A stretch of 64,000 bases of DNA from Epiperipatus broadwayi (lineage: Eukaryota > Animalia > Onychophora): the NCBI GenBank assembly GCA_028023455.1, contig JAQFVV010000011.1:1240001-1304000 (forward strand). Reading direction: 5' to 3'. The notes beneath the pieces were generated by a model that saw only the letters and a program-made list of their open reading frames with translations, was not told where the DNA came from and did no database searches. This document shows, piece by piece, positions 25,760-39,226 of the stretch (its first letter is position 1; every line of letters begins with the position of its first letter). The translations under genes and the position numbers were made by a program.

Positions 25760-28330
25760 CGAACATGGGATAATGAAAAATCATCATCAAACCTCAGTTC
25801 AAAAAAAAAAAAATTTATCAAGGATGACCACTCTAATTACTCCATCCCATTACAATATTTATATAAGCTTATGCAAACATACATCAATATATTCAAAGAT
25901 TAAAAAAACAAGGCATGCCTTACCCAACAACATATCTGGACCAGAAACTACATAGCATGGGCAATGAGGCACCTACTCACCATCAGAGTTCTAATGGTGG
26001 GCTATCCAAGCTGACAAGATCACACATGCAGGTTATAATATGATAATGCCTATCTAATCATACTTTAAACAAACACTATAAGCAAACCAATCACCCAAAC
26101 TTTGTGATAACCTCTTTAGCACACCAGAAACAGAAACTCTTTTAAATACCACTGATTTCATTACAAAACTGGCTACCATCTCAAACACATGCCTTCCTGG
26201 GAACTATGGCATTCCTCAATTTGCATTAGCACATCTCAGCCATTTTATAGTTCAATATCTGTGATCTAGTCAATCATTTGTTGAAGAATCTCCAATTTAG
26301 AAACCAGTTGTCATCTCCCCTCTCATCAACCTGCAGCCCATCCCCATGGCCCATTGCCACATAAATCATCGCAAAGATCACCAAGAATAAAATAAAATCA
26401 CACATATTTCCACAGATCTTCAATATGAAGTGTGCAAAGAAAAACTCATCAACCATCCAAGTAGCATTAATCTTCAATGTAGTCCTGAACTCAGTTTGAG
26501 GGCAGAAAAGATATGCAGTTTGACAATGAGGGTGCTTTTGATTCCATCAATCTCCATGTATTCATGGGCTTGGTAGCCTGTACCACAATCCCTAAAACTC
26601 AGCTATGTTTACTTTCAAATTTGTTAAAATTCATATCACACTCAATGACAAGAACTGTCCATTACTTGTATCCATACAGTCCATATTGCAAGGATCCTTA
26701 TCCCACTCTCATACAAAAAATCAAACAAATATTCACATGCATTCTAATACCAGACACCCACAACACATTACATGCATTGTAAACATGTACAATGTGACTA
26801 TTTTTTTATCTTCCAAAAATACGTACTCGGTCTACAAATTTTTTCACAGACTTTACAAACACACACAATCAAAATTCAATGTGAACAAAACCACCACCTA
26901 GTCACTCTTTATGGGTAAAGCATGCACACACATACACACACCAAGCCAAAACGAATGCTTTTCAAAGTTTTGTATTTTCCCTAAGAGTTATGACAATGAG
27001 AAAATATATACAGATCAAGCTTAAAGATGAAGCTGAACATATCAGAACCTTAGTTTCAAAGCTTTTAATATACTTGAAAGTACAGCTATTTGGCCAATAT
27101 TATCATCACTAAAATTATATACCATCTTCCCATTATACCTGTCTCTAAGACATTCAAATCAAAGCTATTTGCAATAGGCTATTATGGTGCAAAAAGACTT
27201 GCTATTCCAACTAGATGCCTTAGCTGGACCATTTAAAAACATTGGACTTATCCTACATGACAGAAGCATTTTCCAAATTTAAAAGCTGCCATACTAAAAC
27301 AGTCCCTACAATTACATTGCCTGCTTCAAATCACACCAACTGACAAATTTCCCCCACCACATTTCTACCTGACATCAAACATCTACTATCAGAAAACAAT
27401 AGCCATCCAGATATCTGCCCAATTCACTATAAAATATTCATATTGGCATGCAGAGCTGATCACCATCACCCCAATAATGGTGATGGACAATAAAAAGCTA
27501 CTTCACAACTTCAAAAAATGGTACCTGAAACCTAAATTGTTTGTTTTCAATATCAAATCAACTTCCATGCCTTGCCAATATCTTATTTCCTCTATTACTG
27601 GTGTCTGTAGACCATCATTGATGTGGGCTATGTCACCATGCTGAAAAGAACCAACAGGATGTACTCTATGAATGCCTGATACTAGCAGATATGTGAAGGA
27701 TAAACAGCCTGGCATCTCAATACAAAATATAATTAATGCATATTGCAGAAACTCAATTTCTACAAAGCATGCCGCCACATTCGTTCTCTATATATTCTGC
27801 TGCACATTTGCCATAAACAATAATACAAGATGCCACTCCTCTACCTTTCACAAAATGTTGTCACAACTGGAAACAGCAAAATAGTTCATCTGGATATACA
27901 TGTTGCTGTTTGGTCATTGCTCAAATAACAAAAAGCCTTTTAATCAGCCAAACAATCATATAATCATCAGTGCAGAAAAACAAATTACAAACAATGTGAC
28001 AAAATCACCATAGGCTAGTCCACTACCCATACTGGATGCCAAGACAAAGGATAATCCAAGATACACACAAAATTAAAGATTCCTCACAATCACAGGGATT
28101 TAAACAAGTGATATCCAAAAACAATGCACTGCAAATAACAAAATAATGAACTCATTATATTTGTAAAAAACAAACAAATTTTTACAGTAGACATATGTAA
28201 TTGATTGGAAATAATATCTGAATGTAGATCTTATTCCTGATCAATTTCAGATGGTAGCACTGTAACAAAAGGCTTATGAACTTTTATATAATCTGTTGCC
28301 TGATTTCAAAATTGTACTCCCCTTTCTAAT
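25760..28330 (+). mobile_element. Highly decayed long LINE ORF2 (R1/I/Jockey-like)
   Basis: QFDNEGAFDSI (LDIEGAFD-like, ~26516), QGSLS (~26687), IGLILHD (YLGV.LD-like, ~27240). C/A-rich plus strand throughout. Confidence 0.55.
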
Positions 28331-28524
28331 CTAAATGGACAACAATCACTATATATATTCCTAAGCCTCACTATATCTCACACACGGATCAAAGCAGAAA
28401 TGTTCATAATTATAATACTACTAAATTTTGTCATATTATCATAACTTTTTGCCATTTTCAAAACTGCCCCCCCCCCCCAATAGTACTATGTACATATACA
28501 CATCAATATGCTTCAGCAAACCAA

Positions 28525-28672
28525 CTAATTACAAATGTAAATATATGTATGTGATCTAAAATATATATAAATGCCTTTTAGTCCTAATTACAAATGTAAA
28601 TATATGTATGTGATCTAAAATATATATAAATGCCTTTTAGTCCTAAAATATATGTAAATGCCTTTTAGTCCA
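28525..28672. repeat. 59-bp perfect tandem duplication plus a partial third copy
   Basis: ctaattacaaatgtaaatatatgtatgtgatctaaaatatatataaatgccttttagtc occurs twice. Confidence 0.9.
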
Positions 28673-28691
28673 ATAAAGTTACTTTTTGAAA

Positions 28692-28812
<121 letters not shown>

Positions 28813-30619
28813 GTAGGTGGTTTAATGAATAGTTAGAGTGAAGCATTCAAAAATTAAGAATTCTTGTATCGATTCTTAACTAAGTAATGTAAAAATTAAC
28901 TCATTTTAGCCAATTGAATGGAATTGTTCTTTGTTAAAGGGCTATTTGGATGATCTCAGAAACTTATTATTAATTTTATGTTATTAGTCTGAATTAACAA
29001 AACCTTTTTTTTTAAAAAAAGTCATTTTATGATCCCCTTTCCATGTCTATTAAGATGGTTTACTGCCTTCAAATACGTATTTTTTCACACAGTTTAAACG
29101 TTTTGAAATTAGCTCATTCGCTTATTGGGTTAAATATCTGAAAAAAATCAGAGATTTAAAAAAAATTCCTGACCTATCTTAAAACAGCAGCAAAAAAAAT
29201 CTATTAATTTTAAAACTAAGTTCAAGGCCACAGCAGTCTAATGTGATATTGCTACTAATTAAAACCAATATTAAAGGGGATTTGAACTCGGATTTTCAAA
29301 CTCTCTACAGTCATTTACTCTATCCAGTATAACCGATATACATGACCACATACATGCGAAAAAGAGAAATGATCTTCAATATATGTATTTCATACTGAAC
29401 CAGCACTCAGCAGTTGATCCTGATCATCATCATCTATACACATGTATAATCAGTGCTAGGTTTATATTAAGATAGCAAATCTACACACTTTAATGGACAG
29501 GCTTCAATTCTCTCCACTCCAATTTTTCAGCCATTCATATCACTGAAAATTTAATGCTGAGACGCTCAAAACCCTTGATGATGTCAATATTATAGTCATA
29601 CCCTAGGGAACATGAAAGTTCAGGTACAAATCACTTTTAATTACATCTAGGTTAAGTATATATATTATACTTGTATTTCAATATTAAATTAACATTTTAA
29701 AAAATATTTTCAAATTAAATGATCACAATAATATTCTGATAAAATTTAAACAAACAAATCTAAAACAGGTTTAAAACAAGGCAGATCAATAACAATTTTT
29801 TACTTTTCATAAAAAATTAAAAATCACATCTAAAAAGAAATCGACAAACTCATATACAGATCCTGATGATGATTAAGCACCAATATTTCATGTAATTATT
29901 GCATGCCAACTTACGCAAATTCATTTTAACACTTTAATTTTAGAACTGAGACACAAACTTTAATGAGGTCTTATATCATTAAGATATTTTGTAAAAATCC
30001 AATTTAATGATTATAAGTAAATACATAATCATTTTATATGCTTTTAAGCATGATAAATGGGAGTAACAAAAATGACATCCAATCTGGTTGTTTATATAAA
30101 CACCTAAATATATATGGGTGAAATTTTATTGCTTAACACAAAATATCACTTTGTGTGAAAGATTTTAATTCCCATCAAACAAATAATTTGGCTCATTTTG
30201 GTCATAAAGGATAGGGCATTTTATGAGGTTCAACCTGCATATATATATCCTTTAGCTTTTATAATATAAACAGGAGCAGCCCCCTAATCTAGAACCATCT
30301 ATTGTGAGCTTGAATAACTAATGACTATCAGTTGGCAAGACATTTAAATCCCACCTTCACCCCAGTTTCTGATTTTTGCCCTTATCAGTGAAAACTTAGG
30401 ATTAAAAACTGGAAACAATGCAGTTATTCACTTAAACTCCTTGTATATTACATGACAAAAATCTGAATTTAAAAAAAATCCAAGGTTTGAATTCAACTTA
30501 AACTTATTTGCCTAGTATATTGAATTTCAAGTTCTTGTTGCTAATGAAAAAAGCCAGAAACAGATATGGGAATGGAGATGTAACACCATCTGATAATTAT
30601 TATTACAGAAGATCACACA

Positions 30620-30800
30620 CAAAAAAATCAAGTCAGATGTCACATGAGCTAACTTAACAAGCTTGTATTACAAATGTTATATACAGAGCCCACAAATAAG
30701 CTCTTGACAAGCTTCGCAGAATATCCCCAACCCCAGACCAGTTTCTGCTACTGCCTTCCTCAGTGAGGTACTAGGATATTCAAGCATTAGATATGGCTAT
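30620..30800 (-). mobile_element. PLE-type terminal repeat (family P2) with hammerhead
   Basis: Same sequence family as 60050-60210 (+) and 54970-55065 (-). Confidence 0.7.
30731..30768 (-). ncRNA. Minimal type-I hammerhead ribozyme motif
   Basis: CCUCA CUGAGGA a GGC agua GC(a) GAAA C ug GUC UGGGG. Stem I is 5 bp, the core is intact, the cleavage triplet is GUC, and stem II has one mismatch. Confidence 0.75.
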
Positions 30801-31279
30801 GGATGTCTGACAATTTCAGATTTCTACTTAATAGTTATTCATTAGGGAAAGTGCTGAGCTTGTCCTGGTATTTTTAATCTAATGCTTGAATATCGTGGCA
30901 CCTTACAGAATATTCTATACTAGAAACTGCTCCTATTTATATTCTTTTGTGTAAACTAAGAAGCAAGTGATATTATGTTGATAAATATATTTTCTGTCAG
31001 GAAAAAAATATATCACTACAATTTACTAAAATATATAATTATTAATCTGATGTCAGCTCTATACAATTACATAAGTAAAATTGTTTAGGTTTAAAAACTT
31101 ATAGTTTTGTTTCTTAAACTTCAGGATTTTAGCTTTGTAGTTAACAAAAGACTAAAGTGTTTGTCAGTTGCATAACTGCTACCATGTAGAAGCACTGAAT
31201 TATTCCTGCTTACTATAAATGCAGAAAACTATTCTTGTTTATATATGCAATCATTTGTAGAAACGTATAACCTTTTATT

Positions 31280-31620
31280 CATACATATATGTGGATTATT
31301 TCCAACATCTAATGTTAAATATTGAATGTCTTTAGAAAATTCCAAACTTTATTTAAACTTTTCAAATACATTAACTGTTAGTAATATCATACATCTTTAA
31401 TATATAAGACAATGTTTTGAATGGGGTTATTCCTTCTTCTTTGTGTATTGCTGGCCTGAATAGTGATAGTCCTAGCATGGGATTCAACCAAGACCTTTAG
31501 ATTCATGAATATTGAATTCTCTCTTTAGATGTTGCTGACTTGACCAGTGACAGTACTAGCATGGGAATCAAACTTGAATCTTTAGATTGTGGATATTAAA
31601 TTTAAGATAAAATCTTCCAA
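31280..31620 (-). mobile_element. SINE family B copy with a partly duplicated head
   Basis: gtgatagtcctagcatgggattcaacc and gtgacagtactagcatgggaatcaaac occur in tandem; the body matches 32800-32990. Confidence 0.7.
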
Positions 31621-32799
31621 ATAATCTTTCATATATAACAACAATGGACAAACTGACTTACAAGCCACATGAGTCACCCAAAGCTACCCTGTGTGGTTAC
31701 TGAAACAATATAAATGCTGTTTTTTATTTCTATTTTCTCTAAATTTTTATAATAACAATCTATCAGTATTAGAATATTTAACTTCGTATAGATGAGTAAA
31801 AAAATGAGTATTTTGAAACTTTTTAAGCTTTTAAATAATACCAATCAGTGTTGGTAAAAAGCATTTCACATTTGATTGCCTGGATTACATTCATCAAAAT
31901 TAGTTCCAAAAGTGACTACTGTGGTTCTTGAACATTAAAAAAATATATTATATAGGTCTCTTATTATCCAAAAATTTGCCACTCCCTGAAATATAATATA
32001 ATATTGAAGTTCTTCATTATATTGTTAAATATAAACATATAGAAGTATTTTAAGCAGAGTGTAAGCAAAGAGACTATTGAAGGATAAATGATTACTGATT
32101 TTCTATATTGATGAATTAATACATGATCTGTATATAATAAAACTTGGGATAGCAGAGAATTTGTAAACAAGTTTAGACTTTTTTCAAATAGCCATTGCTG
32201 ATTAAGATAGTACTAACAACTATTGGTCATAAATAAATATATAACTACTTTTATTCTTAGAATAAAAGAAGAAATAAAATCTATTAATCTCTCAATCATA
32301 TGCAAAGATTATGTTGGGGGATAATGTTATCACCATTGTTTCTCAATAGAACAGTGCTGGAAAAAATTCCCTGTAGGAGCTACTTAAATTATTCTCACTA
32401 TCAGCATGAAGTAGTGATGTTCTTCAGTACAGAACAACTTGTATTATGCAAAAATATTGAAAAGCTTGCAGTTACCAAGTTAATTGTTATTGGCTAGTTA
32501 TTTCATCCAATAGATTCCCTTCCAGAAATTAATCAGAAAATCCTTTAAACAAGTTGTTATAAGTGAATAGTTTTAAAACATTAACTGAGAAAACCATTGC
32601 AAATAATAAGTAATTAATTATAATATATGACTAAATCTTTGCTTTATTAAAAATATTTTGAGTCAATTTTTTTTCTTTTTAATAGTATATCTTCCATTAA
32701 CAATACAACAAATGGAATATCAAATCCAAAGTACCATTTATAAATTATATATTATTTTATCAATTATTATATTGGCAAAAACACCAACTAATTTTTGCA

Positions 32800-33410
32800 G
32801 GATATATATGTTGGACTACTTTCACTATCTAATATTAAATGTTAAATGTGTTTAGAAAATTCAAACTTCATTTTGTTAAATGTTTTTAAAAAAATTCAAA
32901 TACTGTATATTCAACTGTTAGTAATGGCACACCAGTTAATATGTAAAACAACCTTTCAAGTGGTATTATTCTCTTCTCTTTGTCAGGTAGCACTGGCCTG
33001 AGTAGTTTTTCATAGAGGAAAAACTCTCTATACAGTAGTGCCACTCAGTGCAAGTCAGAGTAATCAATGGATGCAGGATGGTTTGTGCATAAAATCTCTA
33101 TCTAATGCCTACTCATCCAATATCCCCAGACTAATTCCCAGCTTGTGGCTTTTCTGAGGAGTCTGGGGATATTTGATGATTAGGTACTAGATAGAGATTT
33201 TATGCAAAAACCTTCCTGCATGCAGATTACACTGACTTGCACTAAGTGGCACTACTGTATGGAGAGATTTGCCTCTGAGAAAAACAGCTTGTGTAAGCAT
33301 AAAAATGGTAATCATATGATGTTTGATGGCTTGACTAGTGACAGCATTCTGGACCTTTAGATTTATGAATATTGAATGAAGATGATGTTCTAACCAATGA
33401 GGCTATTCTG
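32800..33410 (-). mobile_element. SINE family B copy interrupted by a P1 fold-back
   Basis: Body 32800-33005 and head ~33335-33410 flank the P1 insertion. Confidence 0.65.
33014..33332 (+). mobile_element. Fold-back insertion family P1
   Basis: Arms 33014-33132 and ~33161-33276 are inverted; 3' tail ...tggtaatcatatgatgttt; degenerate hammerhead in the loop. Confidence 0.85.
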
Positions 33411-33851
33411 ACAAAGATAACAGTCAATATTAATTTTATATATTTAATTATGAGAGTCTTTCTGATGTCTCTACTTTTTATTAAAGACAATATTGAAAAA
33501 TGGTTTCCAAATATTATACTAGATACACTTTTCAAGTTATTTATTATTGTCATATGTGAATGGCTTTTTTACATTTTCTTTCTTGTATCTTTTCCTCTCT
33601 GCCCAATATTTTTATCTTTTCCCAATCAAACATATGTTCATTTGAAGATATGTGATCTGCTATGTAGATACATTTGTTTTTTCTAATCATCAGTTTATGC
33701 TTTTTCAATCAATTTTCAAATGGGATGTTTAGATTCATAAATATATATCCATTCACATTTACTTGGTATTTTGTATATGTAACTTTTATTTTACAACATT
33801 TTATGTTTAGATTTTGTAAAAGTTAGGATTCTTGTAATGAGGATAACTTTG

Positions 33852-33963
33852 ACCAGCTGGACTAATGTCAAAACAGGTGTACATAAAGCAGTGGACTCAT
33901 ATATATAACCAGCTGGACTAATGTCAAAACAGGTGTACATAAAGCAGTGGACTCATATATATA
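33852..33963. repeat. 56-bp perfect tandem duplication
   Basis: accagctggactaatgtcaaaacaggtgtacataaagcagtggactcatatatata occurs twice. Confidence 0.95.
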
Positions 33964-33970
33964 TATATAT

Positions 33971-36168
33971 TGTAACTATCCGGAGAATATAGACTTACAT
34001 AAACTGCCCTACAGGGCGCCATCTAGGCATTTGAACCTAGAAAAATTTATAAAGTAGGCAGATACGTAAGTAAAAAAAAAAAAAAATTTTTTTTTTTTTA
34101 TATTTTGTTTCCGGTCGTTAGCCCATGTCACTAGCTCAGTGGAATAGCAGAGATTTAATACTATAATACCTTATCTAATTATAATTTCAATATTAAAAAA
34201 TAAATAAAATAAGCCACTGCCAGTAATTAGCATACAAACATTTATTTATGCACACATATATATATATAAGATTGAAAATTGTTTTAGTATCAGTTTACAT
34301 TTTAACATTTAACATTATTTTTAACTTTACTTTAGATTTTAAATTACATTTTAATTTCTATTATATTATAAGTTTACATTTTAATTAAGTTTGCACAGAT
34401 GGGATTATAAAAGCTTGTTTTAATATGTTGCATATAGATCGGTTACATAGATTACAACGGTCAAAAACATTTCAAAATCAACATAAACGATCAAAATATA
34501 AAATCATTGATACCGACAATTGCAGAGGGAAATTTATAAGTAACCCAATAGTATTCACCATAAGATACTTGCATTGTCACCAATAACTTAAAAGACATCT
34601 GAATAAATACATTTTAGATACTCACCGTAAGGTATCATTATTTATCGAATGTCTATATATTTTGATCAAATATGAAAACCCAAAACATACTTAACCGATA
34701 ACCAATCCATGCAAACATCTATAAACAACTTAAATTTAATGCATTTTTGTTTAGTGTCGAGTATGAATAGACTACATAGATTTGAATTTGAAAATAAACA
34801 TTCTATCCCTATTTAACCTTAGGCTAAAATTCCTAGTCAAACTGGCATCAATTCATCTGATATATCGATGTATTCAATGTAATACGGAATACGGCAGCAC
34901 CAAAAAGATTAAGGGAAGACATTGACTCTCATCAGATAGGAATATTACATCTATCTAACGAGAAGAACAATAAAAAAAAACTCCATAGAAAGGAACTGCA
35001 TTCTCCGTCTTATAATTCCTTCCATAGGCAAACGGGTGAGTGCGGCGTATATATAAACGATTCTGCCAGTAGCGAATCTCTGACTACATCTACTAACTAC
35101 ATCAATATATCCAATCCATTGACCCAATTTAACAATGACACAAATAACCTAAGATTACCCTCCCCTAATATAACTTTACAAATCTATACAGCCATTCACG
35201 CCCGACTTAAGTTTAACATTTATATAATTAATTTAACGAAAAACAAAAATCATGATAAAACTTAAAGAACAAAAAATAAATAAATAAATGGAAATGATTT
35301 TAAATATATATATAAAAAGAAATACATCAAATAACATTATTAATAAATTAAGTTGGTCAGATAGGATAATATTGCAATCATTTAAATCTGGAAAGTTTTA
35401 ATTTAATGTTCATTATTTATAAAGTTCTTACGGTTTAAAACAGTTCATCTTTATCCGTTGCTTGCCATGAACGTGAATTCCCACGCCGTCCTAAGATTGG
35501 TATTCTGTTGGCCGATTTATTTATCCATCCGGAGGTTTTTGCTTTAACTGGTCCTCAATGTAGAAAAACGATAGTTCATTTATCTTTCTTTCTTTGGCAA
35601 AACTGAAGGGATTGAAGAGTGCGTCTTTTCGATCCCTTCTCCTTCACTTCCTCGCTAACACATCTCAGTCCACTCGTAAATAATCAATCCTTAATAATTT
35701 TCAAACTTGTCCTTTTATATTTATTTGAAGGATTGAATTTACATTACGTCATCGATGCGATGGTCCTTTCGCTGAGGTCCGATTCCATAGGGATTTCTTT
35801 TTATTTGCTAAAAGTTTCTATTGTTTTCCTATCTGACCGATGTTTTTACATTTAAATGCCCAAGGCTGGTTTACATTTAACTAATTAAAACAATCATTTC
35901 CATTTCTGATTAATTAATGTGTTTTCCAAGATTAAAGATATATTTTTATCTCTAAATCTTTTTAAGATTTAGTTTTAAACTACTCTTTTTTTTTAATAAA
36001 GTTTTATTTTAATAATTATTTATCTGTGCGATTTTATATATATGCGAGTTTAAGATGATTTTTTTAATTTTCAGTTTTTAATTCTTAAAAAAGAAATTTT
36101 TATTGGCGAACTTTTTTTTTTATGTTTACTAATAAAAAATAATGTAACGTACATATGTGCCCATTACA
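33971..36168 (-). mobile_element. Solo LTR-like element X2 (2198 bp)
   Basis: tgtaac...cattaca ends, 4-bp ATAT flanks in TA-repeat context, CpG-retaining internal blocks, TATAAAAGG on the minus strand at ~35711-35719. Confidence 0.7.
34861..35265 (+). pseudogene. ATG-less 134-codon stop-free frame, probable ORF-B homolog in X2
   Basis: YIDVFNVIRN...LHSPSYNSFHRQTGECGVYINDS...TQFNNDTNNLRLPSPNITLQIYTAIHARLKF, collinear with 48488-48838. Absent from the ORF track because it has no early start codon. Confidence 0.55.
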
Positions 36169-36204
36169 ATATATATATACGCACACCAGTGTATTTATGT
36201 ACAA

Positions 36205-36660
36205 TTACCCATACATACCAGGAATCATAATCTGCAATCAAACAAGCATAGGAACAGCTTTCTAAAGACACACAACACTACAAGGAATTTTAATCTTTAC
36301 AAACCCTAAACTTGAAATGCTGAAAAACAAAACAGCATCTACAAAATACCATCTAAATATGGATGGTGTATATTGGTGAAACTAGCTACTTCATTGAAAA
36401 ATGATTAAAAGAGAACAAACTGGTGATTAGGAAAATAAAAACAGATGTATCTAAAATAGAAAACTATTATGTATCAATGATATTCTATTATAAAAATTGG
36501 ACAGAGATGAAAAGTACAAAGAAAAAATTTAAAGAAGCTGCTCACATCAAAATGGCAAATAATCCCCTTAGTCAACCTAGAGTGATAACTCATAATTTTG
36601 GAAGCTAATCATTAATCTTGCTTTTAAGAATAAATGAAGAAATCAGGAGGATCCTCACAA
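36205..36660 (+). mobile_element. Penelope-like element GIY-YIG endonuclease remnant
   Basis: PYIPG, SIYKIP, VYIGETS..IEK*LKE, KKKFKEAAHIKMANNPLSQP. Confidence 0.9.
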
Positions 36661-36689
36661 ATAAATATATGAAATTTCTATTACCTTTA

Positions 36690-36900
36690 GTAGAGTTTGT
36701 TAGAACATGATCTTAGATTCAGTATTCACAAATCTAAAGATCCAGGTTTGATTCTCATATTAGTACTGTCACTGGTCAGACCAGAAAGAAGATGTGTAAT
36801 AATAATTTGCATAACTATAAGTAACAGTTGAATGTATTAAGTTTAAATAAAATTTGAATTTTTCTCAAGACATTTAAGAATTAACATAGATATTATATGC
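36690..36900 (+). mobile_element. SINE family B copy
   Basis: ttagaacatgatctta...tctaaagatccaggtttgattctcatattagtactgtcactggtcagaccag matches the reverse complement of 25570-25660. Confidence 0.65.
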
Positions 36901-37460
36901 GGAAAATAGTTCAACATATAATAATTACTAAAATACCATCAACACAAACTTTTAGATAAACGCAGTATATAGATATTATTTGTAAAAATAAATTTATTTA
37001 CTCGAACATATGCAGCTTAAAAAAAAAAGGAAAAACAATAACTGCAAAAATAGGTTTTTAAATTAAAAAAAGAAAAAAAAAGAACTATTATTTAACTAGA
37101 GAGTTGTTTAAGAAAATATTTAGTTAAACTATACAGTAGTTAAAAGTAAAATCATCGGAGAATTATAAAACAGTTGTTTGTTGGATTAAGAATTCATCAG
37201 ATCTCCCACCTCCATCCAAAAGAAGTCCATGAAAATTTTATGTCTTTTAAAACCGATTTTTTTTCTCTTTATACAACAATGCTGGCATTTTATCATCTGA
37301 ATTGCCAAAATATTAACCGAATTATTTTAGATAATTCGCAAGAAAAAAAAATCCTAGATGAAGTATTTTACAATAACCAATAATAAGATAATTTGCAACA
37401 ACAATAAATCTTTGCAGGTAAATAATTCTCCATTTGTTTAGATGAAAGTTGGCAAGAGAA

Positions 37461-37670
37461 TCATCATCATCATCATCAAGCATTATCAATCCATTGCAGA
37501 AAGGTCTCTTCAAGTTCAATCCATCTCCGATCTTTAGCTTCTCTTCTCCACATCACCCCTGCACACTTTCTTATTTCATCCATCTATCTCACATGTGATC
37601 GCTTTCTGGGTCTTTTACAATCTGGCAAGTGAATATATAACTATTAATGCCAAAAGCTATTATAACAAAT
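37461..37670 (-). mobile_element. RTE LINE 3' end with (TGA)n tail
   Basis: PDCKRPRKRSHVR*MDEIRKCAGVMWRREAKDR; similar to 1195-1345. Confidence 0.8.
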
Positions 37671-38099
37671 CTTTTGGAGAAAATCTTTTTGAGTAAATAA
37701 ATAAATAGCAAATAATCCTCTAAAGAGGTAATAAAGAGCAAGTAACTCCTTAAAGATGAAAAATATTAGATTTCTCTCATTTTTCCTTTTCTATAGTATA
37801 CTTTATAAATTAATACCCGATGAAAAAAGCCTGTTTGTGAAATGCAAGCATAGTTATAGAAGGTAATCTGAATTTCTGTAGTAAGAGATAGTTGAGATAT
37901 GATTGGATTGGATCAGAGAGAAGAAAACGAAAAAAAAATATTAGAAAACAATTATATATATATTTTAATCATTTTCAACAATTCCCGATCTATTATTATA
38001 AGAAGTTTAATTCAGATTATCTGATCCATAACTTGTCTGTTCAGCAAACGTTCTTATCTCATTCATTTATGTTACACAAAATTTCTTTTTAGATCTTTT

Positions 38100-38350
38100 A
38101 CAGTCTTCTGGGATCTAATTTAAAACTTCAACTCCTTTATTGTTATCTCTTCTAATAACATGTCCAACTTAGTTCCATTTCAACTTATTAATTATTTTAA
38201 TGTCAATAGTTATATGTGTTTCTCTTCCTGGTACTTCACTTTTAGTCTCTTCTTGCTATTCCAAACCTACAGACTTTCATACTTTGTTATGTAGTTTAAA
38301 GTCTTTGCATTGCTCTTTTATTAAGCATTCAAGTCCCAATTCCTTACTTA
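38100..38350 (-). mobile_element. RTE LINE C-terminal fragment
   Basis: KLKWN*VGHVIRRDNN, matching KLKWS*AGHIAKRENN at ~1120-1165. Confidence 0.65.
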
Positions 38351-38799
38351 ATAAAAAACAACTTTTTTATTAAAAATCTTTGTTTCAAATACCTAAGTAC
38401 ATTTCTATTTGATAATATTTTTTACTTACATTTAATTCCATAATTGAAAGCTTGACAGAGTTTTTTTTTTAAAAATTATCACTTTTCAGGGCATTGACGT
38501 ATTTGTTCTTTCCCCCCTCAAAATTAGTTTACTAAACATGTCATGTGTTACTTGTTAAGGTTAAAAATATTAAGAAATCCATTATAAATTGCTGTTATGT
38601 TAAAAAAATATTAATAAATGTCTTACAAATTCCAGTCACAAGCTTTAAAGTTGTAATTATTTATTAAGTGCACAGGAAGTATATGTAAATAGTTTTAAGA
38701 CAGGCTTTAACCTGAATCATATGTACCTTGAAATTTATAATAGTCAAATAATATCTTTAATTGCCAGTAGAGGGACTTCTCAAACCATGACACACAATA

Positions 38800-39095
38800 G
38801 TGACTTTTATAAAGATAAAAGTGGCCATCTTATCTTTAGCCTAACTTTCCATTTATATAGGCCAATCTGAAGCATCTTGATTTGGAAGTGTCAAGATGCT
38901 TCAGATTTGCCTATATAAGTGGAAAGCATAGGACGGCCGCTCTTATCTTTATAAAAGTTGCTATCTTGTTTCATGGTTTGAGAGGTTACTCTATCGGCAA
39001 CTAAAGATATTGTTTGACTATTATAAATTTTAAGGCACATATGATTCATGTTAAAGCCTATCTTAAAAGTATTCACAAGCTTTACTTAATTTATA
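38800..39095 (+). mobile_element. Fold-back insertion family P3
   Basis: Arms ~38803-38880 and 38891-38960 with a 10-nt loop; sequence similar to 2144-2260 (atgcttcagatttgcctatataa...ggccgctctt). Confidence 0.75.
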
Positions 39096-39115
39096 TATAG
39101 ATAAATTGTAACATA

Positions 39116-39226
39116 GTCTTGCGTTGTTAGCCGAGAGGTATCGCAGCCGCCATGCAAGCAAGTAGTTGATTGCAAACGGTTGTGGGTTCGCGTCCCGGCC
39201 GATGCTATGACATAAGAAAAAAAAAA
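39116..39226 (+). mobile_element. tRNA-Gly-derived short SINE (family A) with 13-bp TSD
   Basis: A-box tagccgagaggt, B-box ggttcgcgtcc, poly(A) tail, TSD aaattgtaacata (39103-39115 and 39227-39239). Confidence 0.9.

Noticed and set aside
29350-29620. Possible RTE endonuclease remnant (AVDPDHHHL resembling SDH)
   Set aside because: A single weak motif; not enough to annotate.
33014-33276. P1, P3 and P4 palindromes as classical MITEs or miRNA precursors
   Set aside because: Inversion points vary between copies, one arm extends into a shared tail, and TSDs are 12-14 bp. This fits retrotransposed PLE-type ends better; there is no evidence for miRNA processing.
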